Notes: a model not told the origin generated them from the letters alone. A stretch of DNA of 62,972 bases, filler included, from Octopus bimaculoides (GCF_001194135.2; 7 parts of 7 records of this genome joined end to end with filler, not necessarily neighbours in it); one strand, 5' to 3'; positions 13,452 to 27,544 are shown, counted from the whole stretch's first letter. Program-made: numbers and translations.

Positions 13452-14361
13452 TCTGTTACCTTTTCTTTTCTCACTCTCTCTCTCTCCTTTCCCTCCCTCT
13501 CTCACTCTCTCTCTCTCTCTCTCTCAAACACACGAACAGACGACTGCTTCTCAAATTTTCGCCTCATACGTGTGTATATATATGTATATCCGTGTATGTC
13601 TGTATATGTGTGTATGTCTGTATATGTGTGTATGATGTATGTGTGTGTGTTTATGTATGTATGAGTGTATATTCTGTTAAATTAGAAGAAAGTTACAAAA
13701 GTGATTCAACGGCTGAAAGTTTCGTTCAGTGCATTCACCAAAGCGACACATACACACATACACACACACATACATATGTGTGTTTGAGTGCGCGTGTGTA
13801 TACATATATGAATCTATCTATGCACTTTTGTGTATGTGTACACATGTACATGTGTACGCGCGCGCGTGAACATGTGTATATATGTATGTATGTGTACGTT
13901 TACATATCTCTGTGTATACACACGCGTGTGTGTGTGTTGGGTGGCAGAGGNNNNNNNNNNNNNNNGGGGGGGGGGGGCTACGGCTGTGTTGACACATCTA
14001 ACTGTCTACGTGCAAAGTTACCTAAATTTACGCTGCTACGTGGCTATTTATCTACACATATAAACGCATACTTACATATAGGTGTGTGTGCGTGTGCTTT
14101 CAAGAAACCGTTCGTGTGTATTGATATTGAAAGGAGATGAACTGTGCTGGGTTTAAAAACGGCCAAGACAGGCCATATGTCGCGATACTGCCTTGACGAC
14201 TACGTCAGGAGACGAGAAGCCCGATGCGAGGCGAGCTATATACGCAGCGAGCGCGCGTTTCTATCTGAAACATATGTTAGTATATTTATATGCCTATATG
14301 CACGACCATATGCAGGCAAATAAGCAGGTATGCACGTGTGTGTGTATGCGTGTGAATGTGA

Positions 14362-14415
<54 letters not shown>

Positions 14416-15443
14416 CTGGTTGTTCACTGTTTAACCTCGCTTACAACTGGGTCCGTTTAAACGACGGAGTGTCCATAATCCTTACCTTCATACACACTCA
14501 CACACACGCGCGACCACACTCTTTCTCAATACNNNNNNNNNNNNNNNNNNNNNNNNNNNNNNNNNNNNNNNNNNNNNNNNNNNNNNNNNNNNNNNNNNNN
14601 NNNNNNNNNNNNNNNNNNNNNNNNNNNNNNNNNNNNNNNNNNNNNNNNNNNNNNNNNNNNNNNNNNNNNNNNNNNNNNNNNNNNNNNNNNNNNNNNNNNN
14701 NNNNNNNNNNNNNNNNNNNNNNNNNNNNNNNNNNNNNNNNNNNNNNNNNNNNNNNNNNNNNNNNNNNNNNNNNNNNNNNNNNNNNNNNNNNNNNNNNNNN
14801 NNNNNNNNNNNNNNNNNNNNNNNNNNNNNNNNNNNNNNNNNNNNNNNNNNNNNNNNNNNNNNNNNNNNNNNNNNNNNNNNNNNNNNNNNNNNNNNNNNNN
14901 NNNNNNNNNNNNNNNNNNNNNNNNNNNNNNNNNNNNNNNNNNNNNNNNNNNNNNNNNNNNNNNNNNNNNNNNNNNNNNNNNNNNNNNNNNNNNNNNNNNN
15001 NNNNNNNNNNNNNNNNNNNNNNNNNNNNNNNNNNNNNNNNNNNNNNNNNNNNNNNNNNNNNNNNNNNNNNNNNNNNNNNNNNNNNNNNNNNNNNNNNNNN
15101 NNNNNNNNNNNNNNNNNNNNNNNNNNNNNNNNNNNNNNNNNNNNNNNNNNNNNNNNNNNNNNNNNNNNNNNNNNNNNNNNNNGGTTTTATTTTTATACAG
15201 AACTATGATTAAACAACCCAACCGTAACCACACAGACTGATTTATGTAAACATGCTTTTTTTAACTGTGATCCGAATGAACTTGGCTGCTATTTCTAGCA
15301 GATCAGTCGATCGCATAGAGGCTCCCATACAATGTCATACTATGAATTTTAATGGTTTGAAACCTGGTCAGTTCTGGCCCAGCTGACTGGACATTCGGCC
15401 TATTTTGATGACGGAGCACACATACACACACACACACACACGC

Positions 15444-15624
15444 ACTCCATCGGTTACGACATCGAGTGTTCCAGTTGATCCGATCAACGGAACAGCCTGC
15501 TCTTGAAATTAACATTCAAGTGTCTCAGCACTTCACAGACACGCATACCCTTCACATAGTTCTCAGAGAAATTCAGCGTGGTACACAAAGTTACAGGGCT
15601 GGTCCCTTTAAATTACAGGTACAG
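15444..15624. repeat. Probable interspersed repeat fragment
   Basis: ccatcggttacgac...gttccagttgatccgatcaacggaacagcctgctc resembles a common octopus repeat as I recall it. There is a single copy here, so this is not verifiable within the window. Confidence 0.45.
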
Positions 15625-17548
15625 GCAACTATACCTTAACCCCCCCCCCCACACACACACACACAAACTTTTATCGGAGATGTTCAAAACTGTTCACAAT
15701 TGATGGAATTCATTCGTGGAGGGCTCTGCCGATACCAGCATCGCTTGTTGTAGATTTTGTCGTTGGGTTTGAGTTCCCCCGAGGACTGAAAAATCACTCA
15801 AGATTGTGTCCAGTACAATGCAAGCCTTTCTGAAGTAACTACGAAATAAGATTCCGTTTCTTTCCAGAAGGCCTCGGTATTGCAACACCAAAGATGTTGA
15901 ATTCCTTGGTGCTAGCAGAGCACATTTGCACTATTAAAACGGTCAAGTCCCTTCGCCTGAACTCTGATGATATTGCTTGTGGACATTTCATGCTGTGTTC
16001 CAGTTTATTGTAACCTTCAGTAAGGATAGTGTTGTAACATGAATGAAGAGCTGAGACTGATTCTCGAGAAAGAGATCCGATATGACTGTGCAATTGTGAA
16101 GTTACCATTTTGTCTTCATTGTGGAACCGTAGGCTGTGGAATATGGCACTTCTGACATTGGTATCCACTACAGATGCACCATGCATTAAATTTACGGCTG
16201 CAGTTGTTTGGGTTTTTTTATTTTTTAGATACTTTCGAAGAAATGTTCTCTTTTAGAGTCTCTCAACTGTGCAGTCCTATTTGAGGAGCAACGAGGGGGC
16301 GATTAGGGCGGTTCGTCCCGGGTGGCGCTTTATGGAGGTGACAGTTTTGGATCTGTTGTGTAAGCCTGCCGAAGAGGTAGGGCGGGGGACTGCAAACTCA
16401 AGAGCTGTCACGGGTAACACTCTTTTCTCTCTCGGTTTAATCAAGAATTAAAACTCTCTTTTGTGTTTCTATTTGCAACATATTTTTACAGGAAGAAAAA
16501 AAAATAAAAGTATAATAAATCAAATTATCGAGGAAAAAACCCCATAACTACCTCACCAAGGAAACAAAGAAAAAAAGGGGCTGGATTAAGCAGCAGAAGA
16601 TAGCGGGGATGGAGAGATTAACGGGTTGTACACCCCAGAACAAAAGGCGGGTTTAGCCCCGTTGCAGCAGAGAATGGCCAGCGACACTCCCTGCAGCAGT
16701 CACCCCACCTCGTGCAGCTCATTTTTCAGATTGTCCACAATTATTTCGATTTGGGAGAAGAAATCGGCAGTGTGGGGTTCGGGAACACCTGAAGTCCCGA
16801 CGGCGACAAGTACAAACTCATAGCGGCCAGTCAGGCTCCTGTCAAAGAGACGAGGAAGTGATCCTTTACTTATTTCTTTGATATCCACGGATTAAAATAT
16901 TTCTTTCTAGGACATGCCTTGACCTTTAATGCCGAGAGAAGTTCTAAGGAAACTGACTTCGTTATTGCAGTCTGTGCATGTCACTGAAAACTTGCAAACA
17001 CCAGCTTGTTCTTGGATCTGACGCCATAACGTCTGCTTGTTTCGTAGCTCTTATCACGGTATGTTGTTTAGGGATGCTTTTGCTGTCATTGTTTTTTCTT
17101 CACAAACAACGTCTTTAACTGTTACCCTTACTTCGGTGTCTGATTTGTTTGTCATGCTTCCACCTGTTGATTGAGAAAATCTCCTACATGGACGCAGTGA
17201 TGTTCTCACGCAACTCGAGCAGTTGGACGACTTTGTCGCACCCTTTTAACATCAAAGTCTAAGATGGACATATCAGCGGCTAGAAGCTAGGCGTTGAATG
17301 GCAGGCATTTTGAATTTTCCATGAATGGTCAGACCTGAAAACAATAATTTTTTATTAAAAACAATTTGATTTGTACTCAACAATTGCAGCAGTGAATGTG
17401 AAAATAGGAAATAACTTCACTAAGGAGTGCCAATAATCATTGTATTAATAATATCACATGTTGTATGTAGAGAGTGGTGGTGCAGAGAAGGAGGAAGTGA
17501 GCACGTGTTGTCGGGTGTGTAATAAGGACATAAAATGTAGTTGTAGAG

Positions 17549-17722
17549 GCATGTGTAATTGGGAAGACAGGTTGTGTGGTAGCGAGGACATGTTGCGCGA
17601 TAGCAAGGGCATGTTGTGTTCTAGGGCGGGGATGTTGTGAGGTAGCAAGGGCATGTTGTTTGATAGGGAGGGCATGTGCGGTAGCAAGGGCATGTTGTGT
17701 GCTAGGGAGGGCATTTGTGTGG
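17549..17722. repeat. 21-bp minisatellite (some units 18 bp), about 8-9 units
   Basis: Units such as ggcatgttgtgtg(c/g)tag(ggag/caag) alternate in an A/B pattern. Confidence 0.85.
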
Positions 17723-20169
17723 TGTGTAGTATGGTAGAGGTGATGAAGGGGGTAGTAGTAGTAGTAGTAGTATTGGTGGTGGTGGTGGTGGTGGTGAAGT
17801 CGGTGGTGGTGGCGGTTTTTCGGTATTAAAATGTTTATCTGTTGTTAGCAGCTTTGTGTGTCAGGGAGAGAAATTTGTATGTGTGTGAAGAGGGGTAGGG
17901 CGACTCATACTTCCGTCCCTCTCCTTCTTTCTCTTTAGTTATCTGTCTACTGTTTTCCCATTCTGGGTCTCCCTAACTTCAGTCTGTGTGTGTGTGTATG
18001 AAGATTGGACTGGGGAGGGGAAGAAGTGGAGTGTATAGTAAGGTGGGGGTGGGGGAAATTGAAATTCGTTTAATACTAATAACGCATTGTTAATAGCACG
18101 TGTGTATTTATTAATATACATATATGCATACGTACACACACACATACATGCATTCATATGTGTGCATAGAGAGAGAGAGAGAGAAAGAGAGAGCGATCGA
18201 TACATACACATACATGCACACATGCATATATACATACATATTCATGCATACATACACTCGTGCAAATAAGCATGCATGCGTACATGCACGCACACACACA
18301 CACACACAAATAATAAATATAGAATTCAGTGAGGATACGGCAACTTCCATCTTCTTGAAAGAGTAGTAGATATTCCTCAAATCGCATTTTCCTCTTTCAC
18401 AAAAGAACACGCTTAAAAACGTAATTCTGAAAAATATCATCGACGTGGTCCTGGCTGCTCCATCAGAGTCTGTTCCATGAGGATTAACCAAGTACCAAAC
18501 AACAACAATAATAACAACAGCAACAACGGAGATATATTTGCGTGCGAAGTCTATCAGAAAGCTCTCCATATAATTTCTGTAATGAGCGCCTGATATTTCA
18601 TCGTGCCCAGTTTCGTTCATTTTATTCGCTTTATTTTATGATATTACAGCTCTAGATTTAGTGTAATTTGATATTACATTGATTTTATCGAACATTCTGT
18701 CTGGCTGTGTATTAAAGTATTGTTTACTAGAATTAGAAAGTATTTATCTATATTATTATTTTTGATAAAACTGTATCGTGTTTTGGTTTAAATGTTAAAT
18801 TCGGATGGTCGTGCAATCCTTCAATGTAAGGTTCTATAACCAAAGATACACATTTTGAATTTGACCGTAAGCATTATATAAACTCGCTGCTGAATTCATT
18901 ACACGAGTATGTAATTGTATTTTCATGTTGCTGGTAAGCTGTATCGTTTTATGTCCAGGTCAAAAATATATGGATTTATCTTTATGTATGTAACTGACCA
19001 ATTTTAAATTGTCATTTCGATGTGTTTGTGTGTATGTGTGCGTGTGTTCGTATGTGTATATATGTGTGTGTGTGTATGTATATAACATAAATTTAGTTCC
19101 CACTACGTTCTAACTACGGTTAAATAAAGATGGAATGTACTGGCGTTATTGCCAATGAAATGGCTGCAATATGAATCCTAAAACATTGTTTACGGTAATG
19201 TGACGGTTGAAATAATTGCTTCTATAAAAATAGCAGAAACGGTGTCGATCAATCCTTCCCTTTTTTATGATCGATGATAGCGTTATATAAACTCGCTGGA
19301 TTTGCACATCTGTTTTATGTATCTAATAAATATATGTATTTAATGAACCCAGTGACTGCAAAAGACTTTAGGTAGATTCCATAGTAGAGATTAGAAGGGA
19401 AAGCAATTGGTCCTAATAAACACACATACACTTAAATTTGGAAACAGCGGATGCAGCTCTACCCCTTAAAATTGTTGATGGGGAAATGAAAGCGCTTTGA
19501 ACGTCCTCAGTTGGACATGGGTTGGCACCCTCAAACAAATTTCGTCCCTGTATTTATGCACACGCATTTACACATACATACATACATACATACACACATA
19601 CATATAGGCATGCGTTAGGTTTATGGAATCTTTACACAGCTCCCTTAACAATGATCACACATCTTCTTTTTCTTCTTCTTCGCCTTCTTCTCTCCCTCCC
19701 TTCTTCTTTTCTTTTTTCTCCTCTTTGTTCTCTTTCTTTTTCTTCTCCTCCTCCATATCATACATACATACACACACACATACATACATACATACATACA
19801 TGTATATATATATANNNNNNNNNNNNNNNNNNNNNNNNNNNNNNNNNNNNNNNNNNNNNNNNNNNNNNNNNNNNNNNNNNNNNNNNNNNNNNNNNNNNNN
19901 NNNNNNNNNNNNNNNNNNNNNNNNNNNNNNNNNNNNNNNNNNNNNNNNNNNNNNNNNNNNNNNNNNNNNNNNNNNNNNNNNNNNNNNNNNNNNNNNNNNN
20001 NNNNNNNNNNNNNNNNNNNNNNNNNNNNNNNNNNNNNNNNNNNNNNNNNNNNNNNNNNNNNNNNNNNNNNNNNNNNNNNNNNNNNNNNNNNNNNNNNNNN
20101 NNNNNNNNNNNNNNNNNNNNNNNNNNNNNNNNNNNNNNNNNNNNNNNNNNNNNNNNNNNNAGCTGATAG

Positions 20170-21030
20170 GCAAACCTTACCATATTCATGGCATGTTGTT
20201 ATGCAATGTTATGGCGCAATCCAAGTCAACTCTCTGTACATGGCTGCTTTTGTGAATTTGCGGTCCGGCTCTGCCGAAGCAGACTCTCCTACACTCATCG
20301 TATATCAGTTCGCTCTGGTCACACACTTTTCCTGGAAATATCGCGTCCACACCCTTTCTAGCATCCGTCTTCAACTTTTTGTTTGTGATTTCTTCGAGTT
20401 ATTTCGAAGTTCTCACATCCGTCAGTCATATACTGCCTTCCTCCATCTTGCCTGACCAGTTGTAATTACTTCCCAATCTTTTCCCCGAGATGTTTTTATG
20501 CAATCTTTGAACCTCAGCTTAGCTTTATGAAGTCGACGCTTTCCATTCCTCACCATACAGTAGTCGCTTCGGAGTCTTGCAGTCCTACATTCTCACTAAA
20601 CGGCTCACCCACCGGAGTCGATCTTGCAAAATGATTGACTCAATACTTCGACTGTATTTTCCAATGCAGGCTCAAGATACGATGTAGACATTGCTGGTGG
20701 AAGCGCTCCAGTTGTTTCAGATGCTCTCGGTGGGTTAGCCACGTCCCACAAGCGTACAGCAGGAGAGATAACAGACATGTTATATAAGCTTCACTTTAAT
20801 ATCAGTAGACATACCACGTTGAGACCAGAGGTACTTTTCTAACTTTCTGAAAGCATCACTGGCTTTGCCGATTCTTAGCGAGATATCATTGTCAAGGCTG
20901 CATGGTACACTAAGGGTGTTACCAAGATACACAAACTTGTCTACAACTTGAAGCTTCTGACTATGCACTCGGATATCTGGTTCCTTGCATGGCACTCCTG
21001 ACGCAGGCTGATAGCAGACAAAAGTATTTT
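20170..21030 (-). mobile_element. RTE/BovB-like LINE remnant, ORF2 C-terminal part, degenerate
   Basis: NTFVCYQPASGVPCKEPDI...VVDKFVYLGNTLS...RIGKASDAF, then LLLYACGTW...LERFHQQCLHRIL, KRLLYGE and KLRFKDCIK, interrupted by stops and frameshifts. Confidence 0.85.
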
Positions 21031-21268
21031 ACGATGATGTTTGCAATGGCTTTTAGTGAGTGTCCATATGGTATATGTGTCAGATTTCGTACAGCTAAGA
21101 AACATATCCACATAAGACGCTCAGCGCAGACTCAAAAGTCATTTCGTCGTTGTTAAGAAAATTTTTCCACGCAGATGTCTGTGAGCTTTTTACTCGTATA
21201 CAGGAAGACATGCAACATATTATGGGCTCCACCAGTGCTTGCACTAAGCTAGGCCTGACGATAAGAAT
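21031..21268 (+). mobile_element. Inverted upstream segment of the same RTE/BovB-like element (RT YADD region)
   Basis: Plus-strand GICVRFRT...LSADSKVISSLLRKFFHADVCELFTRIQEDMQHIMGSTSACTKLGLTI corresponds to the decayed LFADDCAL...QEDMQ...ACxxxGLTIS region. Confidence 0.8.
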
Positions 21269-21737
21269 ATATATATATATACCATCATCATCATCAAAAC
21301 TACGTTGTGTACAATTGACATAACATAGAAATAAACAACAAAACGCCATCAACAAGTACAAAAGAGTAAAAAATACATTTTCTTAATCACGTATGTCGTC
21401 TGCTCATTCCCTTTCCTCACGTGATCCATTTTATCTCCCTCACTCAATATCAGTGTTTCATCTCATCTGTCAATCGCGTTGCCAGCGTCTGTCATTTCTT
21501 TATCTTTCATCCGTTTTCCATGTCTGTCTGTCTGTTTGTCTGTCACTCTCTCTCTCTATATATATATATTAGTTCTGTTACCCTTTCTCTCTCTTTATCC
21601 CCGTCTCTTTTTCTATTTCTATCTTTGTACATAGACACATTCTCTTTTACTCTTTTACTCTTTACTTGTTTCAGTCATCTGACTGCGGCCATGCTGGAGC
21701 ACCGCCTTTACCAACATACATACTGCATGCATGCATA

Positions 21738-21788
<51 letters not shown>

Positions 21789-21822
21789 ATACATGCGCAC
21801 ACATATAGATATAGGTATACAT

Positions 21823-21922
21823 NNNNNNNNNNNNNNNNNNNNNNNNNNNNNNNNNNNNNNNNNNNNTTAATTAATTAANNNNNNNNNNNNNNNNNNNNNN
21901 NNNNNNNNNNNNNNNNNNNNNN
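21823..21922. other. Artificial 100-bp scaffolding spacer 44N-TTAATTAATTAA-44N (also 46842-46941, 48826-48925, 53152-53251, 58189-58288, 60402-60501)
   Basis: The same 44+12+44 layout occurs six times; the 12-mer has stop codons in all six frames. Confidence 0.97.
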
Positions 21923-22072
21923 TCTTTCAGTTTCCGTCTACCAAATCCACTCACAAGGCTTTGGTCGGCCCGAGGCTATAGTAGAAGACACTTGCCCAAG
22001 ATGCCGCGCAGTGGGACTGAACCCGGGACTATGTGGTTGGTAAGCTAGCTACTTACCACACAGCCACTCCTA
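21923..22072 (-). mobile_element. SINE family A 5' part (a matching tail tip lies at about 21645-21712, before the spacer)
   Basis: tctttcagtttccgtctaccaaatccactcacaaggc...ttaccacacagccactcc. Confidence 0.9.
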
Positions 22073-22084
22073 CAAACATAAGCA

Positions 22085-22475
22085 TGGTTGTGTGGTAAGA
22101 AGCTTGCTTACCAACCACATGGTGCTGGGTTCAGTCCTCCTGTGTGGCACCTTGGGCAAATTGTCTTCTTCTGCTGCAGCCTCGGGCCGACCAAAGCCTT
22201 GTGAGTGGATTTGAGAGACGGAAACTGAAAGAAGCCCGTGGAATATGTGGCATATCTATATGTGTGTGTGTGTGGCTTTGCGTTTGTGTTTGTACCTCAC
22301 CACTGCTTGACAACGGGCGTTGGTTTACGTCCCCGTAACTTAACGGTTCGGCAAAAGAGACCTATAAGATAGTACTAGGTCTAATAGAATAAAATATGGA
22401 GTCGATTTGTTCGACCAACACCCTTGAAGGCAGTGCCTCAGCATTGCCGCAGTCAAATGACCGAAATAAGTAAAG
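22085..22475 (+). mobile_element. SINE family A, near full length
   Basis: tggttgtgtggtaagaagcttgcttaccaaccacatgg...gcagtcaaatgaccgaaataagtaaag. Confidence 0.9.
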
Positions 22476-23540
22476 TTACACACACACANNNNNNNNNNNN
22501 NNNNNNNNNNNNNNNNNNNNNNNNNNNNNNNNNNNNNNNNNNNNNNNNNNNNNNNNNNNNNNNNNNNNNNNNNNNNNNNNNNNNNNNNTATATATATACA
22601 TATATTCATATATGCATGTATATGCGGGTATGTATAGACATGTGTGCGATCGCCGATATATGCATATGTGTGTGTGTGTTTTGCATTTATACGTACATAT
22701 ATACATATGTACATATGTATATACCTATATATATATATACTTATATATTTATATGTATATTTATATATACATGTATGTACATATATTCCCGCATATGTAT
22801 ATAAATACTACATGTATATATATATATATCGATATTTTATACACTATATATATATAGTATATATATATATATATATATATATATNNNNNNNNNNNNNNNN
22901 NNNNNNNNNNNNNNNNNNNNNNNNNNNNNNNNNNNNNNNNNNNNNNNNNNNNNNNNNNNNNNNNNNNNNNNNNNNNNNNNNNNNNNNNNNNNNNNNNNNN
23001 NNNNNNNNNNNNNNNNNNNNNNNNNNNNNNNNNNNNNNNNNNNNNNNNNNNNNNNNNNNNNNNNNNNNNNNNNNNNNNNNNNNNNNNNNNNNNNNNNNNN
23101 NNNNNNNNNNNNNNNNNNNNNNNNNNNNNNNNNNNNNNNNNNNNNNNNNNNNNNNNNNNNNNNNNNNNNNNNNNNNNNNNNNNNNNNNNNNNNNNNNNNN
23201 NNNNNNNNNNNNNNNNNNNNNNNNATATGTATATATATATATATAATATATATACATGTATGTTTGTATGTATGTATGCATATATGTATATATCTATCTA
23301 TATATACATACACACATGTGTTTGTTTGTGTGTGTATACATATACGTACATACATACGTATATATACACATTCAGAGAAATATCTATAAGGCGAGATATA
23401 TGCTTATGTTTTTTTTTCCTCTGTATTCATAATGGTACATACCCGTTTAGGCATAACCTTGATAACAAAACTTGTATGTGTATATATATCTTTATATATT
23501 CCTTGTTTCTTAATACATCCGTTAATATATTCGTTCACGC

Positions 23541-23580
<40 letters not shown>

Positions 23581-23674
23581 GAGTATATATACATACATAT
23601 GTATTCCCGAGCGTTAAACTAATACACCTGTTAGTTGTTTATACACCCGTCTTTTGTTTCTATCTAAATTTCAA

Positions 23675-23739
<65 letters not shown>

Positions 23740-25602
23740 CTCATACAGCTTTGTTTGGAAATGGTGTGGTGTGTGTATATGTGTGCATGTACGTGTGTAT
23801 GTATTTTTCGTATGTATACATTAATTTTTGTGTGAGAGTATTTTATTTGGGAGCATATTTTTACCCCGAAATTTTTATGATATGAAACGTAATCGATATA
23901 AATATATTTACTCGTTCCTTTTGAAATATACGTAAATGCAAAAATAATCATTTTACTGACCTTATATCCATAAAAGTCGGTGTCATTGCTATGGTGGGTG
24001 GTTGTAAGGGTTGACGCAGAAAGTCCCAATGAAATAAAGATGGATCGTTCATATTTCCGCTATAGTTGTTCGGCAACTTGTCGCGCTTTGTCCGATATAT
24101 TTTAGCTGGCTCTCTCTCTCTCCCTTTGTCTCTCTTTCTCTCTCTCCGTTTTGAATACCTCTATATTGAATCTGTTATTTATTATGTGGTTTGTATCACA
24201 AGTAATTATATATCTATGTATTTTCACTTTTTTGCAGTAACTGTTTATATGTTACACAATTGGTTGATATTTCTCGTTTTTCTGAATTGTTTTCGCTCCA
24301 CGCTGTTACCTTTGTATATATTCTCCTTCTCTCTTTTTATCCTTTTTACTTCTTGCTTGTTAGTTTTCTCTTGATATATATAATATATTAACTATTATTT
24401 TCTTATATATATTTCTTTAACCTATTAATTTCTTCTTGGTCTCTTTGGAAACGGCACATCCCCAACCCAGATTTCAAAGCAACAGAAAACACAGTTAAAA
24501 AAAACAACTGTAGCAATGTGAATGCCAAATAACATTATAATAACATCTTAGGCACTGTTGCAATTAGCTACAAATCGGACGATTCCGTTACTACATGGCC
24601 AATGAAGCAACCTGGTTATCTTTAATGTTTGCCGCTTTACGTCTATCTATATGACCAATCCCCAAAATTACTTAGCACCAGCCCCTGAAACATTATCTCT
24701 CTCAAATCTTAGTTTCGATGAATGAAGAAAGGAAAATTAAGACGTTACTATCTTTTCCTTTTGTGAATTTTCCCTCAAGTTAATTCTTTTCCTTTTTCTT
24801 TTTTTCTTTTTCCTCTCCCCTTCTTCTTACTTTTCCTCTTCCTCTCCTCCTCTTCTTCTTGATGTCGTTTTCTTTGATTTTGTTTTTCCTTCGTTTTTAT
24901 TTCTTCCCAATCCCCCCCGCCAGAAACATCTATGTCGTTTCCGTAGTGTGAAAAGATTTTCTTGAGAAATTCGTTTATTCAACCCGCCCACTTGGGCTGT
25001 GACGGAAGACAGACGGATCTACTGTAGTACAACCTGCCGCTTTTACCTTCAGATAAAATTCTGCTTACGATCGTTGTGGAGCCGCTGTTAATACTAGCAC
25101 CGCTCTACCACCGAGTCCAAAATTGCCATCTACACACCACCGCCAACAACAACATCAAAAACAACAGCGATACCATCTACAGAAGCAGGTTTAACAGCAG
25201 CACTAAATTTCACCATTAGCACTGCAACAGTATCACCTCTCTTATTGCGTCTACTGCCACTGCAGCCACTGATGTGATTGTCGAAACGTCAACGCTGATG
25301 GATTCTCGCAGCTACACTAGAAAACAAGATGATAGGACCGTAAGCATCGGTCCGTGTATATAGGTTTCTACCGCAAGTAAATACGACTTTACACATACAT
25401 ACATACATACATACATATATGAATGAACGAAGGGGCTAATTTATTTCTTACTTTGACATTGTTTCTTATTCATTGTGCGTTGCATTTATTTTCTAATCTA
25501 ACATTTCACATGATAGAGAAGAGAAATTCCTCAGAATGTCGTAATGAATATACATAGACGCAAACACACACACACCCATATGTATATGTATACAATATAA
25601 CG

Positions 25603-25713
<111 letters not shown>

Positions 25714-26658
25714 ATACATGTATGTACATGCATGAATACTTTAGACGCACCGAGTTTTACGCATTGCAAGATGAAATTTACCATTTCAAGAAACAAAACA
25801 AAATACGAACAACTCTATTGCGTGTGAGATACGTGAAAATTCGCTGTCAACGAAGTATTACGCGCGCACACACACACACACACACACATACACATGCTCA
25901 AAGTTGTGCGTGTTTTCGAGTACATTTGCCTATTTATATGTGCATTTTCCTTGTACGCTAACACAATACGTACGTCATCCAAAATTGAATGTGATGATCG
26001 GGACTTCAACTCGTTTTTCCTTTCCTTAACATTTTTCGACATCTGTGTTTTAGTTTTGTGCTATTATTACGCACGCATAAAAGGACAAAAGTATATGCGC
26101 GTACGCACGCACGCACAAACACACACACACACGAACACACACACACACGTACGCACATCGACACTTACATAGGTGGCAGTGCGTTGGTATGTGCAGGATA
26201 ATCCTAGCGTACGAAGTTCAAAAACCCCAATGCGTTCGTTATACGAAATATTTATCACATACATACATTGTGTACTTCCAGCATTCCGCTATACAAATTT
26301 TTCTGTTCGTGTCCAAAAGCAATACCTCAGACTAGGTAAGCTATTGGAGTGAATACCTCTGAAGTCGGTGTTCTTTACGAAGATAAGCGACTTGAGACGT
26401 ATTAGGGCTTGTTGTAAAGTATCTGTGTTTGAACTCTACATATAAGTTTACGTCTGTACATTTGCATAGATGGATATCTGGCGTGATAGGTTCGTACTAG
26501 GAGTTCACGAAATTTTAATATGGATTTCATTCAAACTGTTATTAAATAAACGTAATACTTTCCAAATATGTTGAGTAACGCTTTCTTTCACTTGTCCACC
26601 CACTAGTGCATGTGTGTGTTTGTGTGTGTTTGTGTGTGTGTGCGTGTGTTTGTGTGTG

Positions 26659-26732
<74 letters not shown>

Positions 26733-27490
26733 CATATATATACATATAAATATATGTATGTATATGTATATAACTATATTTATATATACACATATATAAG
26801 CAAATGTATATATATGCATATATGAATATACATATATACAAACATATACATACGTATATACATATATATATATATATATGTGTGTGTGTGTNNNNNNNNN
26901 NNNNNNNNNNNNNNNNNNNNNNNNNNNNNNNNNNNNNNNNNNNNNNNNNNNNNNNNNNNNNNNNNNNNNNNNNNNNNNNNNNNNNNNNNNNNNNNNNNNN
27001 NNNNNNNNNNNNNNNNNNNNNNNNNNNNNNNNNNNNNNNNNNNNNNNNNNNNNNNNNNNNNNNNNNNNNNNNNNNNNNNNNNNNNNNNNNNNNNNNNNNN
27101 NNNNNNNNNNNNNNNNNNNNNNNNNNNNNNNNNNNNNNNNNNNNNNNNNNNNNNNNNNNNNNNNNNNNNNNNNNNNNNNNNNNNNNNNNNNNNNNNNNNN
27201 NNNNNNNNNNNNNNNNNNNNNNNNNNNNNNNNNNNNNNNNNNNNNNNNNNNNNNNNNNNNNNNNNNNNNNNNNNNNNNNNNNNNNNNNNNNNNNNNNNNN
27301 NNNNNNNNNNNNNNNNNNNNNNNNNNNNNNNNNNNNNNNNNNNNNNNNNNNNNNNNNNNNNNNNNNNNNNNNNNNNNNNNNNNNNNNNNNNNNNNNNNNN
27401 NNNNNNNNNNNNNNNNNNNNNNNNNNNNNNNNNNNNNNNNNNNNNNNNNNNNNNNNNNNNNNNNNNNNNNNNNNNNAGGTAGGTATATAT

Positions 27491-27544
<54 letters not shown>

